NCBI RefSeq assembly: GCF_006345805.1 | Contig: NC_043012.1 | Location: 31,558,001 to 31,622,000 of the forward strand | From: Octopus sinensis | Lineage: Eukaryota | Direction: 5' to 3' | Length of the DNA stretch: 64,000 bases | Part shown: piece after piece, positions 13,721 through 25,504 of the stretch | How the letters are laid out: every line of letters begins with the position of its first letter | Numbering within the stretch: position 1 is the stretch's first letter | The notes under the pieces: model-generated | Told to the model about the DNA's origin: nothing | The model's database searches: none | Seen by the model: the letters and a program-made list of their open reading frames with translations, nothing else | Position numbers and translations under genes: made by a program

Positions 13721-14135
13721 TATGATAAATTTAATATACATATATAAGTACATATGTACATACATGCATACATTCCTATATAATACCTAGCTAGCTAGCC
13801 ACCTACTTACCTACCTACCTACCTACCTACCTACCTACCTACCTATCTATCTATCTACTTCTTTTTTTTATTTGACATCAGACTGTGGCCATGCTGAGGC
13901 ATCACATTGAAGAAATTTATCGAATGAGTCAACACTCAAGCTCTGTTTTTAGTTTTAAAACCAGGTACTTATTCTAACGGGCTCTTTTGCTGAACCGCTA
14001 TGTAACAAGGACGTAGACACAGCAGCAACTGTTGCTAAGCGATGCTGGGTAACACACATACAATGCTATACATACATACATACATACATACATACATACA
14101 TACATACATACATACATACATACATACAGACACAC

Positions 14136-14181
<46 letters not shown>

Positions 14182-14282
14182 GTGTGTGCGTGTTTGTGTA
14201 TACACACATATATACACACGCTCATACACACATATATACATGCAAATATACATATATAATATATATACATACACAGATATAT

Positions 14283-14336
<54 letters not shown>

Positions 14337-14545
14337 AATATATATATATAATATATATATATATATAATATATATATATACAAATCAAATTGCGATAAAA
14401 TAAAAATAATTATAATCGCTGGTATTACTAACACAAGCCATATATTTTTCATATATCAGTACATTAAGGCGAAATATGTGCTAGGAACACAGAAGCTAGA
14501 TAAATTAAGTGAAATGAAGATAAAAACATTTACTAAACCAGTAAT

Positions 14546-14617
14546 TCTCAGACTGCAGTTTCTTTCTTTTCAGCAATAAAGATAATTTATTTGCCCAGGG
14601 AGAATTCTTCAGTGAGA
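14546..14617 (-). ncRNA. Type I hammerhead ribozyme motif, monomer 1
   Basis: Minus strand: TCTCA-CTGAAGA-A-TTCT...AGAA-A-GAAA-CTGCAG-TC-TGAGA; GUC cleavage triplet, palindromic stem III ACTGCAGT. Confidence 0.8.
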
Positions 14618-14940
14618 CCCTGTTTTTCTGGGATCCTAACTCACTAGAAGCATGTGCGTCTAATGATTTACTCTCCCTAACTATCATATCACTGCGCAGA
14701 CTCCGAACGTCCCGACAACACTAGGGAATTCTGGTATATCGCCTGGCGCTCATAATTTATCGAGAAATATGTAAACAAATCAAATTGCGATAAAATAAAA
14801 ATAATTATAATCGCTGGTATTACTAACACAAGCCATATATTTTTCATATATCAGTACATTAAGGCGAAATACGTGCTAGGAATACAGAAGCTTGATAAAT
14901 TAAGTGAAATGAAGATAAAAACATTTACTAAACCGGTAAT

Positions 14941-15011
14941 TCTCAGACTGCAGTTTCTTTCTTTTCAGCAATAAAATAATTTATTTGCCCAGGGAGAATT
15001 CTTCAGTGAGA
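14941..15011 (-). ncRNA. Type I hammerhead ribozyme motif, monomer 2
   Basis: Same core and stems as monomer 1. Confidence 0.8.
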
Positions 15012-15329
15012 CCCTGTTTTTCTGGGATCCTAACTCACTAGAAGCATGTGCGTCTAATGATTTACTCTCCCTAACTAATCATATCACTGCGCAGACTCCG
15101 AACGTCCCGAAACACTAGGGAATTCTGGTATATCGCCTGGCGCTCATAATTTATCGAGAAATATGAAACAAATCAAATTGCGATAAAATAAAAATAATTA
15201 TAATCGCTGGTATACTAACACAGCCATATATTTTTCATATATCAGTACATTAAGGCGAAATACGTGCTAGGAAACAGAAGCTTGATAAATTAAGTGAAAT
15301 GAAGATAAAAACATTTACTAAACGGTAAT

Positions 15330-15397
15330 TCTCAGACTGCAGTTTCTTTCTTTTCAGCAATAAAGATAATTTATTTGCCCAGGGAGAATTCGTGAGA
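15330..15397 (-). ncRNA. Hammerhead motif, monomer 3, core disrupted
   Basis: A 4-nt deletion (plus strand GAATTCGTGAG versus GAATTCTTCAGTGAG) removes CTGAAGA. Confidence 0.6.
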
Positions 15398-15567
15398 CCC
15401 TGTTTTTCTGGGATCCAACTCACTAGAAGCATGTGCGTCTAATGATTTACTCTCCCTAACTAATCATATCACTGCGCAGACTCGAACGTCCCGACAAACA
15501 TAGGAAATTCTGGTATATCGCCTGGCGCTCATAATTTATCGAGAAATATGTATATATATATATCGAG

Positions 15568-15607
<40 letters not shown>

Positions 15608-15654
15608 CATATACACACATACAGTCACACACATACACACTCACATATATACAT

Positions 15655-16280
15655 ATACTATTGTATCTGGGGAGAGTCATTCTCTTTTAAGGCTTTATTA
15701 ATTTAACACACTCACTGGTCTGATTTCCACCAATTTACTTATTTATTTTTACTAAAATTTTGTTGCGTCTTACAACCTTTTCAATAGTCGTTGACTCTAC
15801 CTGTTATCGGAACTCGGTTCTTTGTTCCTCTTTTCTCTGGGCATGCGCGTGCTTCAGTACGTGTGCGCATACACATATGTATGCCATGATAAATCACACA
15901 TTTTTCTCTCTCCTTGTTTTTTTCTGTGTCCTTTTCTGTAGAAGAGCTTAGGCTCGAAACGTAAAAGACTTTTTCTATTCCTGAGCGTTATACTAATGCA
16001 TCTGTTTGTTTTGTACAGCACCTGTCTTCGTCTTTTGTTTTTTTCGTAAACTCTCCCTATGTATGTATGTATGTATGTATGTATGTATGTATGTATGTAT
16101 GTATGTATGTATGTATGTATGTATGTATGTATGTAGTATGTATGTATGTATACCAGTTTGTATGTGTGCATGCGTGTGCGTGTGCCCGTCAAATAAATGA
16201 GTGGAAATCGGACCGGTGAGTGTGTTAAATTAATAAGGCACTAAAAGAGAATGACTCTCCCCAGACACAATAAAATATGC
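15655..16280. repeat. ~75-bp inverted repeat pair (about 15660-15731 and 16200-16273) enclosing a PLE-terminus-like fragment
   Basis: GGGGAGAGTCATTCTCTTTTA...AATTTAACACACTCAC...GATTTCCAC versus its reverse complement at 16201. Confidence 0.85.
15900..16060 (+). mobile_element. Solo terminal fragment (pLTR-like) of the PLE seen at 37370-39275, with HHR-like motif at 15928-15969
   Basis: CTGTAGA-A-GAGC-TTAG-GCTC-GAAA-CG-TA; matches 55545-55718 and, more loosely, the reverse complement of 37370-37520. Confidence 0.65.
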
Positions 16281-16977
16281 TTCAACACACGAATTCACAT
16301 AAAGAATCTTGGAAACCAAATACAAAACGTAATATATATACATTCACATATATTTAAACAAATGTGTCATATATCATACCACAAATTCTTGATTAAGGAT
16401 TTCCCAACATGACATGCCACAAAGTAAGATGACAAGCTTATTGTCTGGAGAGATAAGAGAACAGTCTTGGACACGTATTTCTGGTGAAATGTATTTTATT
16501 GGTTTCCTTTTTTTTTACTGGTTCCAAATACGGGACTGCAAGCAAGTTGGAATATCATAATTATATTGTTTAGTTAATCATGTCAATCCTAGTATTTATT
16601 TTAATTGGGGAACTCCTAATATACGGGACATGAAAACAGTAGAGGTTGAGGAGTATAAACGTAATCGTAAGCAAGAACACAGGAACAAACACTCATACTA
16701 ACCTCATCTAATGTATACATATATACGCGCGTACATGCACACACACACACACAAGTATGTATATATGTATGTAATATATGTATGTACGTATGTAGTTTAT
16801 ATGTAATGCTTGTATGTGTGTATGCATTTATATATACGATGAGCTTCCGTATGATTTTCTCTCAATTTTTCCACACTCGACATTGGTCAACACATAGTTA
16901 CAGCTGACAACTATTTTCTTAGGGGCCACTCTACAGAATCGATGCTTAAGGCAATCCTGCAGCACCTCTAAGACATA

Positions 16978-16978
16978 C

Positions 16979-17065
<87 letters not shown>

Positions 17066-17080
17066 ACTAACTATCTATCT
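16978..17080. repeat. (TATC)n microsatellite
   Basis: Direct reading. Confidence 0.95.
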
Positions 17081-17145
17081 GAGAGCAAAGTGCTCTCTCT
17101 CTCTCGTAAAAGAGAGAGAGAGAGAGACAGAGCACTTTGCTCTCA

Positions 17146-17426
17146 TGTGTTTATTTCCTCCTTGCCTGAGGTTACCGTGGTCTTTTCTGTAGGCTTTTCT
17201 TTCAACAGATGAACATAATCTTGTTTGTTACTTGGAAAAGAACATTTTTTTTCTTTCTGTGATACACGATCCCTTTCGATCGCTTTTTTTTTTTCGATCC
17301 CTTTTGAACGAAATTTTACATTTGCTTCCTTTTTTTTGTCTTTTTCCTTTTCCATCTCCGAAAAGAAAAGGTCTACATTTGTATTTGTCCCCTCTGTGTC
17401 CAGCCTTGTGTGGCCAGTAAAGAAAG

Positions 17427-17430
<4 letters not shown>
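17146..17430 (+). mobile_element. 3' UTR fragment of the same Tx1-like LINE as 4519-5485, again inside (TATC)n
   Basis: GAGGTTACCGTGGTCTTTT, CTGTGATACACGATCCC and the terminal segment match 5132-5485. Confidence 0.85.
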
Positions 17431-17488
<58 letters not shown>

Positions 17489-18339
17489 CTCTCTCTATCT
17501 ATCTATCTATGTATATATCTACCGGTCTGTCTATCTATCGGTCTATCTATCTACCGGTCTATATGTATATATATGAGAAAGAGAAAAGAGGGTTAAGTGA
17601 AAGGGAGAAGGAGAGAAAGAGAGATAGAGAGAAAGAGAAAGAGAGAGAGAGAGCTAAATACACAGAGAGTGGCTGATGGAAAAAAATATATAATATACAG
17701 TACAGATGAATGGCAAAAGCGGAAGAGAGAAATGAGAACGAGGCAGCATTGCTGGGAAGAGCTGCCACACCGTAGGAATGTTTTGATGAAGGCAGTCTGG
17801 GAACAATTTAAATTCATGCTGAGCAAAGTGTATTGCAAAGTGCTTAGACGGAAATGATAAGATGGATGTATGTTGTAATTTGACGATGGAATTAAAGTGA
17901 AAATTAGATTACTATATCATAGTAAACAGCAGACTACAGTAAACAAATGATAACAGCAAGAATATTGAAATATCAATTTAAATAAACAGGCAAAACTTCA
18001 TACAAGTGACTCCTGGAACCTGATTACGTTCAACGTCATAAAATGAATTATGTCTAATTTTCAACAAGCATAACTAATACAGGCGTAGTGTTAGTAGTAG
18101 TAGTAGTAGTTGTCCTTTTGAACAAAGGTACATGACCTTAAATTGTGGTAGAGCAGTTAGTCGGTTAAATCAACACCGATCCTCGAGAGGCAATTAAAAT
18201 TTTATGGGCCCCAGAACGATGAAAAGCGTAGTTGATATCAACAGGATTTGAAATTATAGTGCAAATTTCCGGTAAAAATTTGCCGGAAGGCCTTTATCTA
18301 ACACTCTTACGATCCTGCTAATACAAATCGTTTCTAATT

Positions 18340-18550
18340 CGTTCTACTATAAGCACAAGGCTCGAACATTTTGGAAGGAGTGGGATAGTTTATTACGACG
18401 ACGCCAGTGCTTGACTGCTACTTATTTTATCTACCTTAAAAGGATGAAAGGCGAAGTCGACCCCGGCGAAATTTGAACTCAGAATGTAAAGCCGGAAGAA
18501 ATGCTGTGAAGCATTTTGTGCAGCGGAGAAAGGATTCTGCCAACTCTTCA
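18340..18550 (-). mobile_element. SINE family B, diverged, tail type 2
   Basis: AAAGGATGAAAGGCGAAGTCGACCCCGGCGAAATTTGAACTCAGAA. Confidence 0.75.
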
Positions 18551-18555
18551 CCTGA

Positions 18556-18599
18556 TAATAGTAGATAGTAGCAGTAGTAGTAGTAGAAGTAGTAGTAGT

Positions 18600-18652
<53 letters not shown>

Positions 18653-18770
18653 CAGTAGCAGTTGTAGTAGTAGCAGTAGTAGCAGCAGCAGTAGTAGTAG
18701 TAGTAGTAGTAGTAATAGTAATAATATTGAAAATAATAATGATAATGATGATGATGATAACAAAAATAAT
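18556..18770. repeat. (AGT)n/(AGC)n/(AAT)n trinucleotide tract
   Basis: Direct reading. Confidence 0.95.
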
Positions 18771-18829
18771 AGGCTGTGTAGTAAGTAGCTTATATATATA
18801 TGTGTGTGTGTCTGTTTGCCCCCCCCCCA

Positions 18830-19185
18830 ATAGCGTTATTTCGTCTGCTGCTACGTTCTGAGTTCAAATTCCGCCGGGTCAACTTTGCCTTTCATCCTTT
18901 CGGGGTCGATTAAATAAGTACCAGTTACGCACTGGGATCGATATAATCGACTTAATCCGTTTGTATGTTCTTGTTTGTCCCTTCTGTGTTTAGCCCCTTG
19001 TGGGTAGTAAAGAAATAGGTATTTCGTCTGTCTTTATGTTCTGAGTTCAAATTCCGCCGAGGTCGACATTGCCTTTCATCCTTTCGGGGTCGATAAATTA
19101 AGTACCATTTGCGTACTGGAGTCTGTCTAATCGACTGGCCCCGTTCCTAAAAACTTCGGGCCTTGTGCCTTGAGTAGAAAAGAAT
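18830..19185 (+). mobile_element. SINE family B internal dimer (tail type 1 unit followed by tail type 2 unit)
   Basis: ATTTCGTCTG...TTCTGAGTTCAAATTCCGCC occurs at ~18838 and ~19021. Confidence 0.85.
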
Positions 19186-19694
19186 ATACAATACTATGTT
19201 ATCTGAAGTAATAACTCGTTCTATCATTGACCGTGAATATTGCGGTAGGGCTAGGCAATTACACTGATAACAGTGCTTAACTAGTATTAACTGAATCGAT
19301 TCTGAAAGGTTTATATTTTATCAAATACATTGATCTACCATATTAGTGATCATACTGAAGACAAACTACAGAAAATTTTGACACTTAATGATATTCAGTA
19401 CTATGTTATGTTAAGTAATAATTCTTCCTGTTATAGGTAGAGGGTATGAAGTTTTAATTTAGGCACACGGGGAGGAACTATGACAAGTAGGGTTGACGAT
19501 AGCATCTAGAATATTTGTTTGTTTAATGGGTCTCGAAAGAATGATGTAACAAGGCTTCTAATAATAGATTCCATGCTTGAAAAGTAAGGGTTATCGACAG
19601 AAAAGGAATCCAGCTGTATAGCAATGCCCTATCAGTATATTCTAACGTATACATACATTGTAAAACGAACGAACGCATATATTGATATTATAAA

Positions 19695-19727
<33 letters not shown>

Positions 19728-20519
19728 GTATATATATATGTGTGTGTGTATGTGTGTGCGTGTGTGTGTGTGTGTGTGTGGATAAGCGAGAGAAAAGTGA
19801 TTCAGCACGTGTAGTAGTAGTTACATATATTATTTAAAACAGTTTGATTTGGTTTCGCAGGCCTCTGACAGAAGCCCATCTCTTGCAGGCTTTAGATAAC
19901 CGAATTTCGTACATGATTGTGTGTAGGCGTGTGTGTATGTGTGTGATTGTGTGAGAGAGGACAGCAAGGGAGAGAGAGAAAGAGAAAGAGAGAAAGAGAG
20001 AGAGCTCATTCGATGACTTTTACCGTTATTCAGAGATCCATCTTTGTCAGCGTGTTAAGTTGATTTTGCATGATGATTACATTAAGTGTACACACATACG
20101 CGGAATACTCAGCATCTTGCTTGCTAATTCATTGAGCATGTGAAACAGTTGAAAAAGTAACTTAGCAATCATTGCTGAAAGTGTTGGAAATCTATATACG
20201 AGTAATATGTTTGTTTTTCTTTTATATTTATGTAAGCTCTCGTTAATGGATTTCAAGGTTGTCACTAACAAATTGACAAAACTTATTGAGTTAAGACAAT
20301 ACCTGAGGATTGCAAATACTTGATTGAATTAGTGTGTGCATATATGTAGGTGTATGGACCAGCACTTATGTTTCGTGTGAACACATCTCTTTAACGCTTA
20401 GGTGTTAATGCATGTATATGTCTGTAAGCACATCATTATTTTTACATGTATGTCCTTGTAGATACACACAAACCAAATGTGAGCATATAATCACTTAAAG
20501 GATCTTAAACTGAGATCTC

Positions 20520-21030
20520 AAGGCGGCGAGCTGGCAGAATCGTTAGCACGCCGAGCGAAATGCGTAGCCGTATTTCGTCTGCCGTTACGTTGTGAGTTCA
20601 AATTCCGCCAAGGTCGTCTTTGCCTTTCATCCTTTCGGGGTCGATTAAATAAGTACCAGTTGCGTACTGGGGTCGATATAATCGACTTAATCCGTTTGTC
20701 TGTCCTTGTTTGTCCTCTCTGTGTTTAGCTCCTTGTGGGTAGTAAAGAAATAGGTATTTCCTCTGCCGTTACGTTCTGAGTTCAAATTCTACCGAGATCG
20801 TCTTTGCCTTTCATCCTAAAGGCGGCGAGCTGGCAGAAACGTTAGCAAGCCGGGCGAAATGCTTACCGGTATTTCGTCTGCCGCTACGTTCTTAGTTCAA
20901 ACTCCGCCGAGGTTGACTTTCCCTTTCATCCTTTCGAGGTCGATAAAATAAGTTCCAGCTGAACACTGGAGTCGATGTCATGGATTTACCCACTTCCCTT
21001 AAACTTGCTGGCCTGGTGCCAAAATTTAAA
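20520..21030 (+). mobile_element. SINE family B cluster (full unit, partial unit, second headed unit)
   Basis: AAGGCGGCGAGCTGGCAGAA at 20520 and 20819; Nin-like GCCTTTCATCCT three times. Confidence 0.85.
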
Positions 21031-24000
21031 ATCAATGTTTTGCCTCTTTCTAAAGAAAATCAAACTTGCAAATTTCAATTAGCCTCCAAAGTCACTATCT
21101 TTTCCTCAATTTTGCCACACACTTCTTCATAACTTCAAATGCTGTAAGTCTTTGACGCTTTCATTTTTGCAGTGCCTCTTCGTCCAAAGATTTTACACCG
21201 ACTTCTTACGTTTCTAGAAAGTTTCGCTTAAGTTTATCAAGAGTAAAATCTGAAGAATCGTCACTGCACATATTGCCAGGGAGGCGATTCTATAAGCGCG
21301 AAGTACTGAAGTTGTAATCTTCGTATGACAATGCATGGGGTAATATTTTCCAGATGGAGGTCAGGTTAATATATCAAACCTGACCCATTTCACTTACATG
21401 TTATCGTCTCTCCAACTACTTATAACAACACCTCCAAAATCGCTACCAACATGACATTGCACCATCACCGCCATCGCAAATAACTTTAACACCACTGACC
21501 GCAGCACAACGGCCGCCATCATACATTAGTGCAGTTGACTCCACAATGCTGGAGACAGGTCGTTTTTGCTCTGTCACCTTTGATATAATTATATACTTAT
21601 GTACATTATTATTAATTTAATGTATTGTCTATAAATTTTTTATATTATGTTGACTATTTGATAAGAACCATTTTCGTATTTTTATCCTCATATATATATA
21701 TATATTTGAGTGCAGGTGCGCGCATGCGTATGTGTGTAACATCTCATATGCATACATACATGCATTTATATATGTGTGTGTGTGTGTGTGTGTTAATTTA
21801 TATCTGAAGAATACAATGCAACTGTGCCCGTATTGAATGAAGTAAATATCAATTTTATGTTAACGTCTTTCTTTGATCAGGAAAAAATCTTCATTGTTCT
21901 TCACGATATCGTTATATTCAGAATTGCATTTCATGTGTTTTCCCCCCTTTTTCTTTAGATAACATTTTGGCAGTGTTTCTCGCTAATGTATAATATTAAA
22001 TTATCGATAAGATATCTTTCTTCTTCATATGTGATATTTACTCAGGTTCATGGGAATCTGGTTTTGGTGAGTTACAATATAAAAAATCCACTCTACACCT
22101 CTACACTAACGTAAATGGATACACATCCAGATTAATTTCATTTGCAAATTGATGATAGCGGAATGGCCTTCGTAATGTATCTGATTAGATATATACCTGA
22201 AAAATAGATATATATACGTGAAGGATCGTTTCATTTCCTCGTTTAGCAAGTTTAGAGCATCTGGTTAGTAGTACTTGAGATGTAATAGTAGGCAAGTACA
22301 TCACATTTTGAATTTATAGTAAAATGCTTGGACTACAATAATAAAGGTGTTTTACAAATTACTATGAATTCTCAATCGGTGAGCTCTAATAAAGTATAGA
22401 ATATCATTGAAACCACGATAACCTCTGGTTTATTGTCTTAACCGTATATTTCCACTGATTTCTTTCTATCTGGATGTCTCTGTATCCCTAAGTGTATACC
22501 TTATATATCTATATAGCTATATGTATATGTATGGGTATGTGTACATTTATGTGTGTGTGTGTGTGTGTGTGTATACATCAGAAAATAGAAATGCAATCAT
22601 TACACGCGCATACAAGAAAAGTTACAAGCGCAGCGCGCGCGGAAACACAAATACGCGAACACACACAGACACAGCCGTTCCCCCCAACTCGTAAACAATT
22701 CAAACACACAAAGACACACGCACTTACACCCCCAGAAGCATACTCAACTCCACGACCGGATAAAGAGTTACCGTTGAAAGGAAATAATCGTAAACATTTA
22801 CATTTTATTGTATATTTCACTAATTTAAGAGATGCCGCCAATATTTCGTTTTATTGTTGCCTCTTCTCGTTGCTTAAACTCCAAATATATGTATTCAGGT
22901 TGAAGTATTTCTGATCTATTATTACGAGAATACCAAATAATAACGAACACATAAACAACGAACAAGCTTTCTTCAAGGCTGCGAAGCTACACAATATTTA
23001 TGAGAATCCGTGTTTCAGGATATTATCTCAATAAACTGTATAATTTCTCTAAGCTATAGATATACAACTATCTAAGATGTATTTATTAAAAGAGAAACGA
23101 AGTCATGTGAATATTACCATAATGCAGATGATATAATATCTAAAAATTATATATTTTTTTTATCAGTAGAACATAGTTTCTGCAACATAGAAACGTAAAC
23201 TCCTAGCAACTAAACTATGAAACTAAAATGGCTGTATGCCGAGATTGTCGTAATAGGCATAGCTGTGCAGTGAATTACTGAGGAATATTTGATGACAAAT
23301 TAATAGCGACCAAGTAGCAGTGATTTATTATGCTGACTTGAATACAGAATATTGGTGAATATTTCGAAGATCAGGAAGAGTTTTGTTTTTCTTTATATAA
23401 ATTTACAGAAACCTGGTTTGTAGAGCAAGCGGCTAACTCATGACTATTGAATATTATATAGTAGTAACGGCTGGTGTTATAAACGCTGTAGGAGGACTAA
23501 AAGTAAACAAAAGAATTTCTACGACTACGGAGATATATGAATTTGATTTGTTGTTAGTCGATAGTAAAAAAAAAATAGTCTGCAAGTGATGATATTTTAG
23601 TGAGTCTCAATTAGAGTGTTAAGCCCGTTGGGAATCCTTTTACAGAATATAATTTATTACGCAAGTTTCACTCTCCATCCTATCTTTACTGGAGTGAGCT
23701 GATTTAACAAGAAAGAATTTTTCGTTCATTTGCTGCTAGTATTTCAGATTTTAAGAGTAGTGGACTTATTTGATTATCATTGATGTTTTTTATAGCTAAA
23801 CTTTGAATTCTCTATAAATCAGATCGGATGCCAATTCTCTTCGAATGAAGTTCTTCGTCTGCTAAAAAAATAGCTGATATGGTAGCTAAATAACTATCCA
23901 AAAGAAAAAGCGGTGTTATACTTAAACCAGATTACATTAAAAAGTAGTTATTCAAAATTTTGATTATAAATAATTTGTATTTCAATTTCATCACGCGATT

Positions 24001-25216
24001 TATGTCGTTCCTTGTCAGATCATTACTAGGAACCGAACATAGTGTTTGAGCCAATTATGCGGCAAGGAAAGAGCATACTTATACTTGTTCTTATATTCAT
24101 GGAAGTTTTATATTAAGAAAGTATATTTATGCGTCTACCCCAGTCCGAGCCGAACAACTCCAAGCTCAAAACACCCTCGTTTCTCTTCAGGCATAGGGCA
24201 GATCCAATTGTAATATCCAATTGTACTTTTAAAGGCGATCAGGTGCTATATGATAGAAATGTGGCTGCTATTTACTAGCAGATCGAACGGTAACATAAGG
24301 GCTTTCCTGTTGGTTTAAATGTGTATGTATTGAAGAAGTACCATCATTTCCATATTTGAAAGTTTCTTAATTCTTTAGTCATTATTTACCAAGGTATCTT
24401 TCGACATTTATCCCGTCTCATTTGAGGCCGTGCTTTAGCCCTGCCTCCCAGCTCTACAAGAGACATGGATCACGCTATACTCTCAAGAATATTTTGTTAC
24501 TCAACTGGAAAACGACTATCTCCGTATCAGTTCATCAGTTGGACTTGGACTTCGGATCAGCGAACGATACCATATAGTTGCAGGTCTGCATTAAACTTTT
24601 ACAATTTCAACCTCAGCGCTGGCTGTTCCCTTGGTATAGCACCAACAATGATATCGTCGTCTCTCGTAATTTGGATGCCGCTGGTTTTTAGTAGTAACTG
24701 GAGTCGACGAGGCTAGACTGTGTGGACGCAAAAGATCAAATAGCATCACAGCTTTTCTTGTTCTGAGGCGGCAAATCTAACATTTTGGAGACATGTTTCA
24801 TCCTAGATAATGCAATCTGGTGGAGTGGTCATCAGCATTACGTTTCATCGTCCGACGGTAGGAAATCGCAAGTTGGCAAAACAGTATCTATTCTCCGATA
24901 GGTTTCTTTTCGAACCTATAACAGTCGAAGCATCTGGCGTTTTGGAACATCAAGCCACCTCTAAATCTTGTAGCTGGCAATCCGGGTATGTTATGTGTCA
25001 GTATGATAAAAATATATACAAAAATTCAAAATGCGAGCAAAATCAAAGTAGATAGCCCTCTCTTAAAGGTACCAATAACTGACTAGCTTTATTCTACGGC
25101 ACCTCACATTTATAAACATCCTCTCATGATGTTTTGTGTCATCATTTTTTATTTCGTTAATCACAGGGCTTCTTGATCAGGGCCGTCTGTAGCTAAATGT
25201 CAACAATGGAATCTTG

Positions 25217-25504
25217 TTTGTTCCTTCTCGAGCCATGCCTAGCTCATAAGGGCCGGTTTCCCGGTTTCCTTGGCGTATAGGTTCCCCACCTGAACGGGAC
25301 GCCAGTCTATCGCAGGTGAGCTGTAAGATGCAGGAGGAAAGAGTGAGAGAAAGTTGTGGCGAAAGAGTCAGCAGAGGCTCGCCATTACTGCGTGAAGCTT
25401 AGGTGTTTCGCTCATAAGCACACACATCGCCTGGTCTGAGATTCGAACCCGCGATCCCTCGACCGCGAGTCCGCTGTTCTAACCACTAGGCCATGTGCCT
25501 CCAC
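25217..25504 (-). mobile_element. SINE family C (tRNA-derived) with 11-bp target-site duplication
   Basis: Minus-strand A box TGGCCTAGTGG and B box GGTTCGAATCT; TSD ATGGAATCTTG at 25206-25216 and 25505-25515. Confidence 0.9.

Larger units (their letters stand above)
14380..15552 (-). repeat. Tandem array of three ~395-bp monomers carrying an HHR (retrozyme-like), flanked by (TA)n
   Basis: CAAATCAAATTGCGATAAAA recurs at 14381, 14776 and 15169; copies are near-identical. Confidence 0.95.

Noticed and set aside
14380-15552. CRISPR-like array
   Set aside because: Whole monomers repeat with no unique spacers; eukaryotic context with no cas genes
20312-20335. CTGAGGA core-like word
   Set aside because: No stem II or GAAA
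24500-24545. Minus-strand CTGATGA with ACTG/CAGT stem
   Set aside because: No GAAA or stem I partner follows
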